Source: a virus (Duplodnaviria; Caudoviricetes). Taken from it: a stretch of DNA of 64,000 bases. Location: IMG/VR virus record IMGVR_UViG_3300029288_007054, positions 26,446 to 90,445 of that record, one strand, 5' to 3'. This document shows, in pieces, positions 47,125 through 57,095 of this stretch. The stretch's first letter is position 1. The number at the start of each line of letters is the position of its first letter. Below the pieces are notes generated by a model that had not been told where the DNA came from, made no database searches, and worked only from the letters and a program-made list of their open reading frames with translations. A program made the translations under genes and the position numbers.

Positions 47125-47912
47125 ACAGCCTCCTTTTTGTCTTCAGAAACCTTTTTGCGAATCTCCAAAATTTCCTTTTCACTCAATGTCTTTTCTAGTT
47201 CTAAAAAGGCTTTTAATCCATTTTTAATAACGAAAACATCAGGATCTTCACCTATTGGCAAATCATTAATCACCGATATCGACTCGCAAAAACCAAGATC
47301 CTTCAAAGCACATATAAATTCCCGCTGAGCTTTTTGCCCTGAGTTATTCTGATCAGAGTCGAGACATATGCAAACATTAGTGCAATATCTAGCTATAAGT
47401 CCTATTTTTCTATGAGACAACTTGGTACCCATAACTGCCACAACTTCAGCTAGCCCCTCTTGCATTAGAATCAACGCATCCATGTATCCTTCTACTAAAT
47501 ATATCTTATTACGTTTGAAGACGTTTTTTCTAGCCTTGTCAAGTAAAAAAAGATGTTGATTCTTTTTGAAAGATATATTCCACCATGAATACCCCTTTTC
47601 AAAAGATGGTTTTCGTGTAGCAAAACCGACAAGCTCATCGAATTCAGAATAGATTGGAACTATTATTTTGTTTCTGATGTAATAGTCGAATCCTTGCTTG
47701 TATTTTTCCTTTTTCTTAGCATCCATACCATAAAAAAGAACCTCATCAGGAATTGTATCTTTGCTACAGCAATAACCTATTTTATGTAAATCAACGGTAG
47801 CTGGTTTGACACCTCTGCGATCAAGATAACCTATGGCTGCTTCAACCTCTAAATTCTTATTGAGGGCGATATTGTTATAACATTGTAGAATAAATTGCTC
47901 TAATTGAGACAT
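47118..47912 (-). CDS. DnaG-type primase catalytic core (TOPRIM), lacking zinc-binding domain
   Basis: YLDRRGV, IIVPIY, GFATR, LVEGYMD, VMGT, CLDSD, EDPD. Confidence 0.88.
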   Translation of the reverse strand: MSQLEQFILQCYNNIALNKNLEVEAAIGYLDRRGVKPATVDLHKIGYCCSKDTIPDEVLFYGMDAKKKEKYKQGFDYYIRNKIIVPIYSEFDELVGFATRKPSFEKGYSWWNISFKKNQHLFLLDKARKNVFKRNKIYLVEGYMDALILMQEGLAEVVAVMGTKLSHRKIGLIARYCTNVCICLDSDQNNSGQKAQREFICALKDLGFCESISVINDLPIGEDPDVFVIKNGLKAFLELEKTLSEKEILEIRKKVSEDKKEAVC

Positions 47913-47927
47913 AGGCTCCTCACGATT

Positions 47928-47965
47928 AACAATAGTGGCACGAAATATCTCATGCCACTATTGTT
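47928..47965. other. 13-bp inverted repeat between recA and primase
   Basis: AACAATAGTGGCA-N12-TGCCACTATTGTT. Confidence 0.65.
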
Positions 47966-47979
47966 GTATATCAGCCTAA

Positions 47980-49182
47980 TTAAATTTCTTCTGGATTAGA
48001 TTCGTCTTTAGCTTCGTCTCCAAGTTCTTCTTCGGTAGCGTCAACGGCTTTATCCGTGCTCACCGATGCAGACTTAGGAGATATTATTTTGGTTGGGTCT
48101 TCTTTCATTTCTAAAATAGCACCGTCAAGTTCTCCCAACTCTTTATCATCATCATACGCTTCTATCACTTTATCCAGCAACGGCAGCACTAAATTATTAT
48201 CTATCAAATAATCTGCCAATTCAAGAATTGAAGCAGCACCAGTTTCAATTTTCTTACTGTTCAAGACATCTTTAGGAATATTGAATAACTGGTTATAGGT
48301 CTTAATGAGTTTTGCTGTCTTAGCAGCATTGCATAGCATTACTACAGGATTCAAAGCTGCAGCATCAAAGATAATCTTAAATGTTGCCCTTCCAAACGGT
48401 CTAGCAACCTTATTCTTAACAAACGTTGCTTCGCTTATCTGTCCTACAATAACATCTTCTCCAGCTTCTTTTACCTTAATTTTTTCTTTCTTAGAAGTTC
48501 TGATTCTCTGGTGGCAATAAAACTTCAAAGCATTACCGCCGGGAGTAGTTTCAGGATTGCCATACATTACCCCAATCTTCATTCTCACCTGATTAATAAA
48601 GACACAGGTAGTGTTTCCAGCTCCACAAGCAGCCACTATCTTACGACATCCTCTAGAAAGAAGCTGTGCTTGAGCTCCAATCCTAGCATTATCTTCCAAA
48701 GACCCCTCAAGTTCTGCTGCTGGTATAAGTGCAGCAGTAGAATCAATTACAACAACTCCAAGCGCACCACTTTTACATAACAAATGTGCATATTCTAGCG
48801 CCTGTTCTCCACTTTCAAACGTATTAGAATAAATAAGCTTTTTAACATCAACACCTTTGCTTGCTGCCCAAATAGGATCAAATGATTGTTCAATATCTAA
48901 TAAGGCGCATTCTAATCCCTGTCTCTGTGCTGAAGCGATAAGATAAAGAGTTAATAGGCTTTTGCCGCTAGATTCAGGCCCATAAATTTCAATCATCCTT
49001 CCCCTTGGCACACCGCCGCAATAACTAGCCGCATCTATATCTTTAAGTCCAAATGGAATTACGGGGATATTATCTACTTCAATATCTCCAAACCTAGCTA
49101 AAACTGGTTTAGCTTTATTGCCCATTTGCTTTTCTATATTTGCAAGAACCGCATCCATTGGATTTTTTGTTTTGCCAGCCAT
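47980..49182 (-). CDS. recA: RecA recombinase
   Basis: GRMIEIYGPESSGKS, IDSTAAL, FINQVRMKIGVMYGNPETTPGGNALKFY. Confidence 0.97.
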   Translation of the reverse strand: MAGKTKNPMDAVLANIEKQMGNKAKPVLARFGDIEVDNIPVIPFGLKDIDAASYCGGVPRGRMIEIYGPESSGKSLLTLYLIASAQRQGLECALLDIEQSFDPIWAASKGVDVKKLIYSNTFESGEQALEYAHLLCKSGALGVVVIDSTAALIPAAELEGSLEDNARIGAQAQLLSRGCRKIVAACGAGNTTCVFINQVRMKIGVMYGNPETTPGGNALKFYCHQRIRTSKKEKIKVKEAGEDVIVGQISEATFVKNKVARPFGRATFKIIFDAAALNPVVMLCNAAKTAKLIKTYNQLFNIPKDVLNSKKIETGAASILELADYLIDNNLVLPLLDKVIEAYDDDKELGELDGAILEMKEDPTKIISPKSASVSTDKAVDATEEELGDEAKDESNPEEI

Positions 49183-49203
49183 ATCTATTCTCCTTGATTA
49201 AAG

Positions 49204-49244
49204 AAAATGGAGGACTAATGTGTGCTACATTAGTCCTCCATTTT
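49204..49244 (-). terminator. intrinsic terminator
   Basis: Perfect 18-bp inverted repeat with 5-nt loop and U-tract after the SSB gene. Confidence 0.8.
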
Positions 49245-49246
49245 TG

Positions 49247-50125
49247 TTAGAACAATTCTTCCGACTTGCCTTCTGCTGTTTTAGGGGCCTCTTTACCCTC
49301 TTTTTCAAACATATCGTTGTTTTCTGCAGGAGCGCCAGTCATACTTTCTTCTGCTGGTTCTGCTCCACCAGCTTCTTCGGGTGTAGGAGTCTCAGTCTTT
49401 TCAGCTCCGTCTTTAGCCTTTTTCTTAGGAGCGATTTTCCTATCTGCAGGTAACTCATTCCACATTTTCTGCATAACCTCTGCAGAAGTAGATTTGTAAA
49501 TCGTCCTGAGCGGCCAAAGATTAGAAACTCTCTTTCCATCTTCTCCCTTTATGAATTCGCCTTTTTCATCTACCTTAAAGATTTTTTTCAATTCTTCAGG
49601 TGTGAAAGGTGTTTTGTCAAGGGGCATAGCTGTATATTCAGTCTTTAACTTGTCAGGATTGCCATCTTTATCCAATGGGATTTTCCCCGATTTGTCTTTG
49701 GGAATTTTAACCGTAATAGACCAATCCGGGCCATCGTTCTTAGTGGGATCAATTTTAGTTGCATCCCTATAGGCATAAAAAAGCTTAAAAAGAGAATGAG
49801 GTTTTTCAAGCACTTTTATTTTACCATCAGCCCTGTCAATAACGTTAATGGCATATCTCTGTTGTGGCCAGAAGCCAGCTTGCCATGCAGGATCAATATC
49901 CCTTTCGCTGTCCTGAACAGTAGCCCTGTAAGGTCTAAAATGTTTGCGGAACTTAACAAACTGCCCTACCAACCTAATCTTATAAGTCCCCGGCGGTTCC
50001 ATCTTCATATATTCTGTTTTGGGAAAAGAGTTATTACCCTGTTTCCCTTTTTCGCCCTTATCCCCTTCACCGTTCTGATTGTCTGAGAAATCAGAATCCC
50101 AATTACCCACTGCTGCTTCTGTCAT
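49247..50125 (-). CDS. gp32-like single-stranded DNA-binding protein
   Basis: YKIRLV, RYAINVIDRADGKIKVLE, D..I.V...TEY pattern; acidic tail ending ELF; next to recA. Confidence 0.65.
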   Translation of the reverse strand: MTEAAVGNWDSDFSDNQNGEGDKGEKGKQGNNSFPKTEYMKMEPPGTYKIRLVGQFVKFRKHFRPYRATVQDSERDIDPAWQAGFWPQQRYAINVIDRADGKIKVLEKPHSLFKLFYAYRDATKIDPTKNDGPDWSITVKIPKDKSGKIPLDKDGNPDKLKTEYTAMPLDKTPFTPEELKKIFKVDEKGEFIKGEDGKRVSNLWPLRTIYKSTSAEVMQKMWNELPADRKIAPKKKAKDGAEKTETPTPEEAGGAEPAEESMTGAPAENNDMFEKEGKEAPKTAEGKSEELF

Positions 50126-50159
50126 GTTCTTCTCCTTATTTGTTTTACTTACCCTATAT

Positions 50160-50927
50160 TTAAAAATCCCTTAATTTAGGATTTCCATCTTCATCTTTGT
50201 CATCTTCTTTATCTACGTTGAATATATCTGTCATACTTTCAGGCCTATGAAAATCTGTATCTGGCAAAGCTCCCCTACCAACATCTCTCAATTTTAGCAT
50301 TAACTGCCAAATAGTAATCCTTCGAGATAAGTTATCGTGTAAGCTGTCAAGATTTTTCAAGACGTGATTACAAACTTTTGATAACGCTTCTATTTCAGCA
50401 AAATCAGCTAAAAAATTGCTAAGACGGTACACTGCATCTCCCTTTCGCCCTTCTGTATTCTTTTCAGTAGTGAATTTGCCCCAAGAATCCTTAAGGATGT
50501 CAACAACTCTATTTTTGTGATTATAGCATTTTATTACGTTAATTAGTATTTCTGACAGTCTGTCTTTTGACCCCTGAATTTTATGTAGTTCGTCGTTTAA
50601 TACTTGCAATGTCGGAGTCGGAGATGACTTAACAGAAAGTTCTCCTAGTTCTTTATAGATAGCATCGTAGTTAATCTTAGGCAAGAGTCTATAGGTTGCC
50701 TTTAGCCTGTCTGCCATATCTATAAATTCTTTTGGGAAGTCTGTTCCTCTTAATTCTGGGATTCCGCCGCTTTCATCTGCTGTAGCACCTTGAGATGAAG
50801 CAGGTTTAGCGTCAGATTTTTCTGAAACCTCAGAAGCTGGAGCTGAAGTTACCACTGATGATGGTTTTACTTCGCTAGACTTACCAAAAAATTCTTCGTC
50901 GTCCAGTGTAATATCTTTTTCAGCCAT
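50160..50927 (-). CDS. hypothetical protein, possible UvsY-like recombination mediator
   Basis: Long helical body; adjacent to SSB and recA. Confidence 0.4.
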   Translation of the reverse strand: MAEKDITLDDEEFFGKSSEVKPSSVVTSAPASEVSEKSDAKPASSQGATADESGGIPELRGTDFPKEFIDMADRLKATYRLLPKINYDAIYKELGELSVKSSPTPTLQVLNDELHKIQGSKDRLSEILINVIKCYNHKNRVVDILKDSWGKFTTEKNTEGRKGDAVYRLSNFLADFAEIEALSKVCNHVLKNLDSLHDNLSRRITIWQLMLKLRDVGRGALPDTDFHRPESMTDIFNVDKEDDKDEDGNPKLRDF

Positions 50928-50951
50928 ATTTAAACCGTTGCTTGTGTTTTG

Positions 50952-51305
50952 TTAGATAGCTTTATAAACTGCCAAATAGTCGTTGGTATTTAAGGATATG
51001 ACGCTCTTGGGATCAAGAGTAAACCTTAAGCTGCCCCGATCTTCTCTGGTAATAGTTACAGACTTGGAATTTTTAACCTTCCCAGCCTTATAATCATCTA
51101 AGGTAGGAGTACCAGCCATACCAATAATAGTTACTTCCATCGTAACCATAGGTAATCCTGTTTCCCTCTTACAAATGCATTCAAAATTATCAAATGCATT
51201 TTCTTGGGCTACCTGTTTTTCATATGCTTCTGTGAACATGTCTTGTATATCTTCGTCACTGAGTTTGCTAACATCCATTTTATCTATCTTGCGTTTAAGT
51301 GCCAT
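50952..51305 (-). CDS. hypothetical protein
   Basis: 117-aa ORF. Confidence 0.6.
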   Translation of the reverse strand: MALKRKIDKMDVSKLSDEDIQDMFTEAYEKQVAQENAFDNFECICKRETGLPMVTMEVTIIGMAGTPTLDDYKAGKVKNSKSVTITREDRGSLRFTLDPKSVISLNTNDYLAVYKAI

Positions 51306-51362
51306 GACTTTTCTCCTTGTTTTATTTATTATACATATATTCAGAATTTTTAGACAACATTT

Positions 51363-51812
51363 TTAATTATTAAAAAGATCGTCATCGTCGTAACCAATAT
51401 TATCCAATTCCTTATCAAGCGTACTTTTGTCCACTACAGTATTGCTTTGAGCGCCGAGGGCTTCTTTTTTAGCTTCTTTTTCAGCGTTGTCTTTACTCTT
51501 GTCATTTTCATGAGTTTTCTTAGCTATGTTTGGTTCTGAACCAGCTTGCAACCATTCGGGTATTCTTTTCGCTATCTTTTCTTCGATCTCCGTTACCGAA
51601 TCTGTTTTCTTCCCAAGCCTACCGGGGAGAGCCCTCATCGTTCTAATTATATCATTTGTTAGCTCTTCAGTCAATACGTCTTCTTGCTTTATCATATCTT
51701 CTTTTGAGCCGTATTCTATATTCTTTTCGCCGTATTTATTAATCTTGATATGTTCAAACTGCCCTACATGAATCATTATTTCTACCGATGTCGCTATCTT
51801 TTTCTGCTCCAT
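51363..51812 (-). CDS. hypothetical protein
   Basis: 149-aa ORF with GGAG SD. Confidence 0.6.
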   Translation of the reverse strand: MEQKKIATSVEIMIHVGQFEHIKINKYGEKNIEYGSKEDMIKQEDVLTEELTNDIIRTMRALPGRLGKKTDSVTEIEEKIAKRIPEWLQAGSEPNIAKKTHENDKSKDNAEKEAKKEALGAQSNTVVDKSTLDKELDNIGYDDDDLFNN

Positions 51813-51813
51813 T

Positions 51814-52167
51814 TTATACTCCTTCGTTTTCTATTATTTTTATCACTTTAACATAACTTTTGCCGACGTTATCTTCTTGATATGTTTTAACCAATCTAAG
51901 TTTTTTATTTCCCATGATAGCCATGCCTAAATCCTGATGAGATCCAGTAGATGTTTTATCCCAAAAAATATCAACCCTTTCAGCTTCTTTCATAGCTTTC
52001 AAATGAGATCTGATAATATTAATTCCAGTTTCATCATCTTGATTAACGTCCCTTGGAGGATAATGAACCGTATGTCCCTCTCTCTCTAACCCAAAAACGT
52101 ACTCATCCATTTCTTCTTTTTGTTCCTTAGTAACATTTCTAACAGGGCATATGATATATATATACAT
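51814..52167 (-). CDS. short nucleoside deoxyribosyltransferase-like protein
   Basis: IYIICPVR, HYPPRD, WD..STGSHQDLGMA. Confidence 0.6.
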   Translation of the reverse strand: MYIYIICPVRNVTKEQKEEMDEYVFGLEREGHTVHYPPRDVNQDDETGINIIRSHLKAMKEAERVDIFWDKTSTGSHQDLGMAIMGNKKLRLVKTYQEDNVGKSYVKVIKIIENEGV

Positions 52168-52179
52168 AATTATTCACCT

Positions 52180-55092
52180 CTATATAGTGATTCTTTCTGT
52201 CGCACCAAACTCATCCATTAAAGATAATCCACCAAATTTTTCCATTTCCTTTTCTTGTTTCTGTTTGATCTTCTTATCTTTTTCCATGCTTTTTTTAATT
52301 TCTGGATATTTCGTAAGCATAATCGCCTGTGGAACTCCCCATGATCCCATACATCCTGATTTAACCATCGTTTCAAAAACCCTACAGTTCACCACTCTGG
52401 CATCTGTCCTTGCCATAAAATCTTCTAAGTCTTTAAAAGGTTGATTTTTAACGATACTTTCCACGGCTTTTGATCCAACACCCTTCAACATAGTTAACGG
52501 TTTAATGAGCCCTTCCCTCTGTTGACCATTTTTGAATGTTAATTTTCCTATCTTAAATTCTAATTCACTGTTATTAACATCAAAATGAGAGCATGTTATC
52601 CCCATCCTTTCGGCAGCGTGGATATACATATTGAGCTTTTCGTTTTTATCATTGTTATTAATTTCACTAGTTAGAAGATTACACATAAATTCTATCGGAT
52701 AATAGCATTTTAGCCAAGCCGTCTGATAAGCAATAAATGCATAGGCAGCTGAATGAGACTTATTAAATCCATAGTCACCAAAATATTCGATCTGCGCAAA
52801 AACCTTGATAGCTATTTCTTCCTTGATATCATTTTTTACACAACCATCTACAAACTGTTTTTTCGTCTGCGCTAAAAGATCCTTATCCTTTTTGCCCACA
52901 GCCTTTCTAAGGGTATCTGCCTGACCGCCAGTAAATCCTGCCATTTTTTGTGACACCCTCATAATATTTTCCTGATAAACCATAATTCCATATGTCTCTT
53001 TAAGCGCCTCGCCCATTAATGGATGCAGATATTCAACTTTCTTCCTGCCATGTTTATAATTGCAATACATATCATGCATTCCAGCACCCAATGGCCCCGG
53101 TCTATACAGCGCACATGCAACAATCATATCTTCGAATCGGTCCACCCTTACAGCTTCTAATAATCTTGACATACCATCTGCTTCAAATTGAAAAATTCCC
53201 AATGTATCTTTAGTCGGATCTCGACCATTTAAGATCTTGAAGACTTCCTTATCAACAGGATCTAAGGTGTCTACGTTTATGTCTCTATTGTATCTTAACT
53301 TGATCATCTTAACGGTTTTATCAATAACGGTTAGGGTCTTAAGCGCCAAAAGATCGAATTTTAATAATCCTAGCTTTTCCACTTCTGGCCCGTCAAATTG
53401 AGACGCTATCACACCTTTGGATTCCCTTAACGGTACTCTTTCAATAACTTTATCTTTACATATTAATATACCTGCAGGATGAACACCAGCCGAAGCCAAT
53501 GTCTTTTCTATTCGCCTACTGCAATCTAAAAGTTTTGGAAATTGACGCATCGAATCCCTAAAATCAGAACTTGATTTTAATGCTAACTCAATAGTCATTG
53601 TCGGTTTAAACGGGATCTGCTTAGAAATAGCGTCAGCCATGTTTAGACTATTTTTAGTCATTTCTTCTTTGGTGTCAGGATCTTTTTTTAATTTTTCCTG
53701 ATAATCTTCCCAATCATTTCCTATGTCCAAGGCCTTAGCTGTACCCCTAATGGCTGCTCTAGCCTTTAATTTATTATATGTGCCTATCTGACAGCAATAT
53801 TCTTCTCCATATTTTCTTACAATATAATTGAAGACCTCATCTCTCCTATCATAATCAAAATCAACGTCTACATCAGGAGGGCTTATACGTTCTGGATTTA
53901 AAAATCTCTCGAAAATAAGGTCATATTTTAATGGGTCTAACCCAGTTATGCCCAATACGTAAAGGCAAAGAGAACTAACTGCCGAACCTCTTCCAACACC
54001 GATTCTTATTCCTTCTCTTCTTGCAAAATTTATTATATCCCAAAGAACGAGAAAATATTTGGTATATTTACATCCAACAATTACGCTCATCTCATATTTA
54101 ATACGCTCCCGGTACGCAGACACGTTGAATAACCCCTTTTCTTTCATCCCATTACTAACTAGGGTTTTTAAAAAGGCTTCTTCATCCTTAAATCCTTCTG
54201 GAACAATAAACTTTGGCAGCAGGTCTTCTCCAAAAGAAAGAAGGTTCGTTTCTATCTTTTCTGATATTTCTACCGTATTAACAAGAACGTCTGGCGCTTT
54301 TTTATACAACTCTAACATTTCTTCGTATGGTTTCAAATAAAAATCTTTACTATCAAAAGTAAATCTCTCAGGATTTTTAATGACATCTATAGTCTGAATA
54401 GATAGCAATACATCATGGGCTTCCCAATCTTCCTTACGAGCATAATGAGTATCTTGGGTGGCAATAACTTTGATGCCTAATTTACGCCCCAACTTATAAA
54501 CCATATTGGCAATCTTCCGTTCTTTTTCCTCTTGTTCTTTACCAGCATCGTTATAAGCATGAATCATGATCTCTAAATAAAAATCGTCCTTAAGCAATTC
54601 TTTATATTTATTTGCGGTTGCTATTGCGGCCTCTTCATTTCCTGTCCACAATAAATTTGGTATCTCACCCTTCCCACAAGCGCTAGAAATGATTAAACCC
54701 TCGCTATGAGTCTGTAGCTCATTAAAATCTATTCTTGGTTTATAATAGAAGCCTTTTAGATATCCAAAAGAACTCAGATATATAAGATTTTTGTACCCGA
54801 TCTTATTCTTGGCAAGAATAACCAAATGATTCATCTGCGCCCTAGAGTCTTTATCTTTTACGCTATGATCCTTGCAAGTGTAGGCTTCCATCCCCAAAAT
54901 TGGCTTTAGATTAAATTCCTTACATGCCTTTGTAAATTGAAATAGCCCTGCACAACTACCATGATCTGTCAATGCTAAAGACTTATACCCCATACTACTG
55001 GCACAAGAAGCTAGGGTTTTAACAGAAGACAAGCCATCTAGCAAACTAAAGGACGAGTGGTTATGAAGATGTACAAAATTTTCGTCAGTCAT
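52180..55092 (-). CDS. dnaE: DNA polymerase III alpha subunit, C-terminally short (970 aa)
   Basis: PHP HLHNHS.FSLLDG, GRGSAVSS, catalytic PDVDVDF, KFDLL, YGFNKSHSAAY. Confidence 0.97.
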   Translation of the reverse strand: MTDENFVHLHNHSSFSLLDGLSSVKTLASCASSMGYKSLALTDHGSCAGLFQFTKACKEFNLKPILGMEAYTCKDHSVKDKDSRAQMNHLVILAKNKIGYKNLIYLSSFGYLKGFYYKPRIDFNELQTHSEGLIISSACGKGEIPNLLWTGNEEAAIATANKYKELLKDDFYLEIMIHAYNDAGKEQEEKERKIANMVYKLGRKLGIKVIATQDTHYARKEDWEAHDVLLSIQTIDVIKNPERFTFDSKDFYLKPYEEMLELYKKAPDVLVNTVEISEKIETNLLSFGEDLLPKFIVPEGFKDEEAFLKTLVSNGMKEKGLFNVSAYRERIKYEMSVIVGCKYTKYFLVLWDIINFARREGIRIGVGRGSAVSSLCLYVLGITGLDPLKYDLIFERFLNPERISPPDVDVDFDYDRRDEVFNYIVRKYGEEYCCQIGTYNKLKARAAIRGTAKALDIGNDWEDYQEKLKKDPDTKEEMTKNSLNMADAISKQIPFKPTMTIELALKSSSDFRDSMRQFPKLLDCSRRIEKTLASAGVHPAGILICKDKVIERVPLRESKGVIASQFDGPEVEKLGLLKFDLLALKTLTVIDKTVKMIKLRYNRDINVDTLDPVDKEVFKILNGRDPTKDTLGIFQFEADGMSRLLEAVRVDRFEDMIVACALYRPGPLGAGMHDMYCNYKHGRKKVEYLHPLMGEALKETYGIMVYQENIMRVSQKMAGFTGGQADTLRKAVGKKDKDLLAQTKKQFVDGCVKNDIKEEIAIKVFAQIEYFGDYGFNKSHSAAYAFIAYQTAWLKCYYPIEFMCNLLTSEINNNDKNEKLNMYIHAAERMGITCSHFDVNNSELEFKIGKLTFKNGQQREGLIKPLTMLKGVGSKAVESIVKNQPFKDLEDFMARTDARVVNCRVFETMVKSGCMGSWGVPQAIMLTKYPEIKKSMEKDKKIKQKQEKEMEKFGGLSLMDEFGATERITI

Positions 55093-55181
55093 GCTTTTCC
55101 TCTAAGTAAACATGTTCTTATCGATTAAAAATACATCAGTATCTTTAAATCTTTCGAACTATTACAACATTATACAAACAT

Positions 55182-55724
55182 TCAGTTTTTTTTGCTTTCA
55201 TTCTTTTTCAATATTTTTAAGTCATCTTCTGGAGGGGTATTCTTTTCAAATAACCCCTGCAATCTGGCTTCTACCGCAGATGTTCTTTCATAAATCGCTT
55301 TGTGAATGTAATCTAGAAGTTCCCTAGAAAAATCTGTCCAATTAAAGTTATCCAGATTGGCATCATAAATTTTATGCTTTAAAGATACATTATCTGAAGA
55401 AAAATCTGAAGTATAAGCATATCCTTGTATAGTTATGTCTTTTCCATTGGTGGCGATATCTATATAATTATTACAGTTACTTTTAGATAGGGTTAACCTC
55501 TTGTATGGTCCCATTTCAGAAATTCTAATATCATTAATAATTCCCTCTTGCTTAAAAATCAAAACTATGCGATATAATTTAGTAAGCATAATATCAGCAA
55601 ATAGGCTATGATCGGCCAACACTTTTTCTATTTCAGAACCATATTCCTGTAAAAAAGCTTTGTGTTTCTCACTGACAATTTTTTGAATACCCGGAACATC
55701 TAAGATATACTCTCTTTTGTTCAT
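55182..55724 (-). CDS. hypothetical protein
   Basis: 180-aa ORF, coupled. Confidence 0.65.
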   Translation of the reverse strand: MNKREYILDVPGIQKIVSEKHKAFLQEYGSEIEKVLADHSLFADIMLTKLYRIVLIFKQEGIINDIRISEMGPYKRLTLSKSNCNNYIDIATNGKDITIQGYAYTSDFSSDNVSLKHKIYDANLDNFNWTDFSRELLDYIHKAIYERTSAVEARLQGLFEKNTPPEDDLKILKKNESKKN

Positions 55725-56278
55725 TTCTTTTTTCTCCTATCAACTAATTTGTCTACCCTATTATACAGATCTTCAATGCTTCCGTCATTGATAATTTTAA
55801 TATCACCCTTGAGATCATACGCTTCACTAGCATGCCCCTTCAACCCCACATTTCCAGTATAACCCGGCCTAACTACCTTTACGCATAAAAATTCACTCTT
55901 TTTGGCGTGTTTTTTAAAGAACTTAAGTTCATTTGGGAAGCGTATATCAGAAATAACATATCTGTTTTTAGGATCATTTTGAATTTTATACCATAATGAC
56001 TTAACCCATATTGCGTCATCTATATTTTCTCTAAATAACTCAGTACCAATGAATTGCAACAATTTTCTAACAGTCCAGTTAGGCCAATTCTTTAGTGGCT
56101 GTTCTCTAGCAACCCTATCATATACTGTGTGATCATCCAATGCAAAAACATCTTTAACCAACCGTTTTATCGGATCAGCCAATGCAATTTTCTTAAATCC
56201 ATAATTCTTAATTAAGTAATCCCCAATTGTATCTTTTCCTGATCCTGCCTTACCACAAATTCCAACGAGCTTCAACAT
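55721..56278 (-). CDS. deoxynucleoside monophosphate kinase
   Basis: GKAGSGKDT, LADPIK, RKLLQFIGTE, SDIRFPNE, HASE. Confidence 0.9.
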   Translation of the reverse strand: MLKLVGICGKAGSGKDTIGDYLIKNYGFKKIALADPIKRLVKDVFALDDHTVYDRVAREQPLKNWPNWTVRKLLQFIGTELFRENIDDAIWVKSLWYKIQNDPKNRYVISDIRFPNELKFFKKHAKKSEFLCVKVVRPGYTGNVGLKGHASEAYDLKGDIKIINDGSIEDLYNRVDKLVDRRKKK

Positions 56279-56288
56279 ATTATGCCTC

Positions 56289-57095
56289 CTAGACTTTTCT
56301 AGTATTATACATAATATATTTTTTAAGCTCTATAATTTTTGCATTTTTTATGTCGTCTGTAATTTCCAATTTTGAAGGAGCGCCGATCAGAAAATGACAA
56401 AGCAATTTATGAACGTCAAATGGTTCCCTATATTGTTTTAGCGCATACAACATCAGCGCATATGGATTAGTGAAACCCTTTAAACAGAAAATATTGTCTC
56501 CGAATTTAGTCCTTATAGTGTTAACATGGGAAAAATAAGACGGGTGGATATTGCACATATTGACTGCCAAAATTCCATCTTCCTTTAATTTAAAAGAAAC
56601 AAATTCTGTGAATTCTAGAGACATAATATGCGTTGGAATATAATGTTTATCAAAAGCATCAATAAGTATAACATCGTATTCCTTGTCTATTTTTTGTATA
56701 ACATTAAATGCATCGCCTATATAAACCTTAATTTTATCCGTCTCTTTAAAAAAGAAAAACTTCTTAGCTATACTTACTACTTCGCCATCTATTTCTATGA
56801 TATCAATATTAGCTTTGGGAAAATAATGAGAAACCAACCTTGGACATACTCCAGCCCCAAGGCCTATAATCAATACATTAACTGGCTCTGGAACAAATAG
56901 AAAAGAGTGCATAAATAATGAATAAAAATCATAGACAGGAGAATCTGGTTTCTTAATATCTACAGCGCCTTGCTCCTGAGACAATCCATACCCAAATATT
57001 AGTCTCCTAATATCCCCTTCTTCAATCACTTTAATATCATGATAATGGGTCTGAACTCTATATATCGTTTTAACGTCCATTTTTTCCTGAATCAA
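56289..57095 (-). CDS. spermidine synthase-like class I SAM/dcSAM transferase
   Basis: VLIIGLGAG, IEID.EV, IGDA, YDVILIDAF. Confidence 0.8.
   Translation of the reverse strand: MIQEKMDVKTIYRVQTHYHDIKVIEEGDIRRLIFGYGLSQEQGAVDIKKPDSPVYDFYSLFMHSFLFVPEPVNVLIIGLGAGVCPRLVSHYFPKANIDIIEIDGEVVSIAKKFFFFKETDKIKVYIGDAFNVIQKIDKEYDVILIDAFDKHYIPTHIMSLEFTEFVSFKLKEDGILAVNMCNIHPSYFSHVNTIRTKFGDNIFCLKGFTNPYALMLYALKQYREPFDVHKLLCHFLIGAPSKLEITDDIKNAKIIELKKYIMYNTRKV

Noticed and set aside
52180-55092. Intein in DnaE, RecA or other replication genes
   Set aside because: The proteins are normal or short in length, with no Cys/Ser...His-Asn splice junction insertions.
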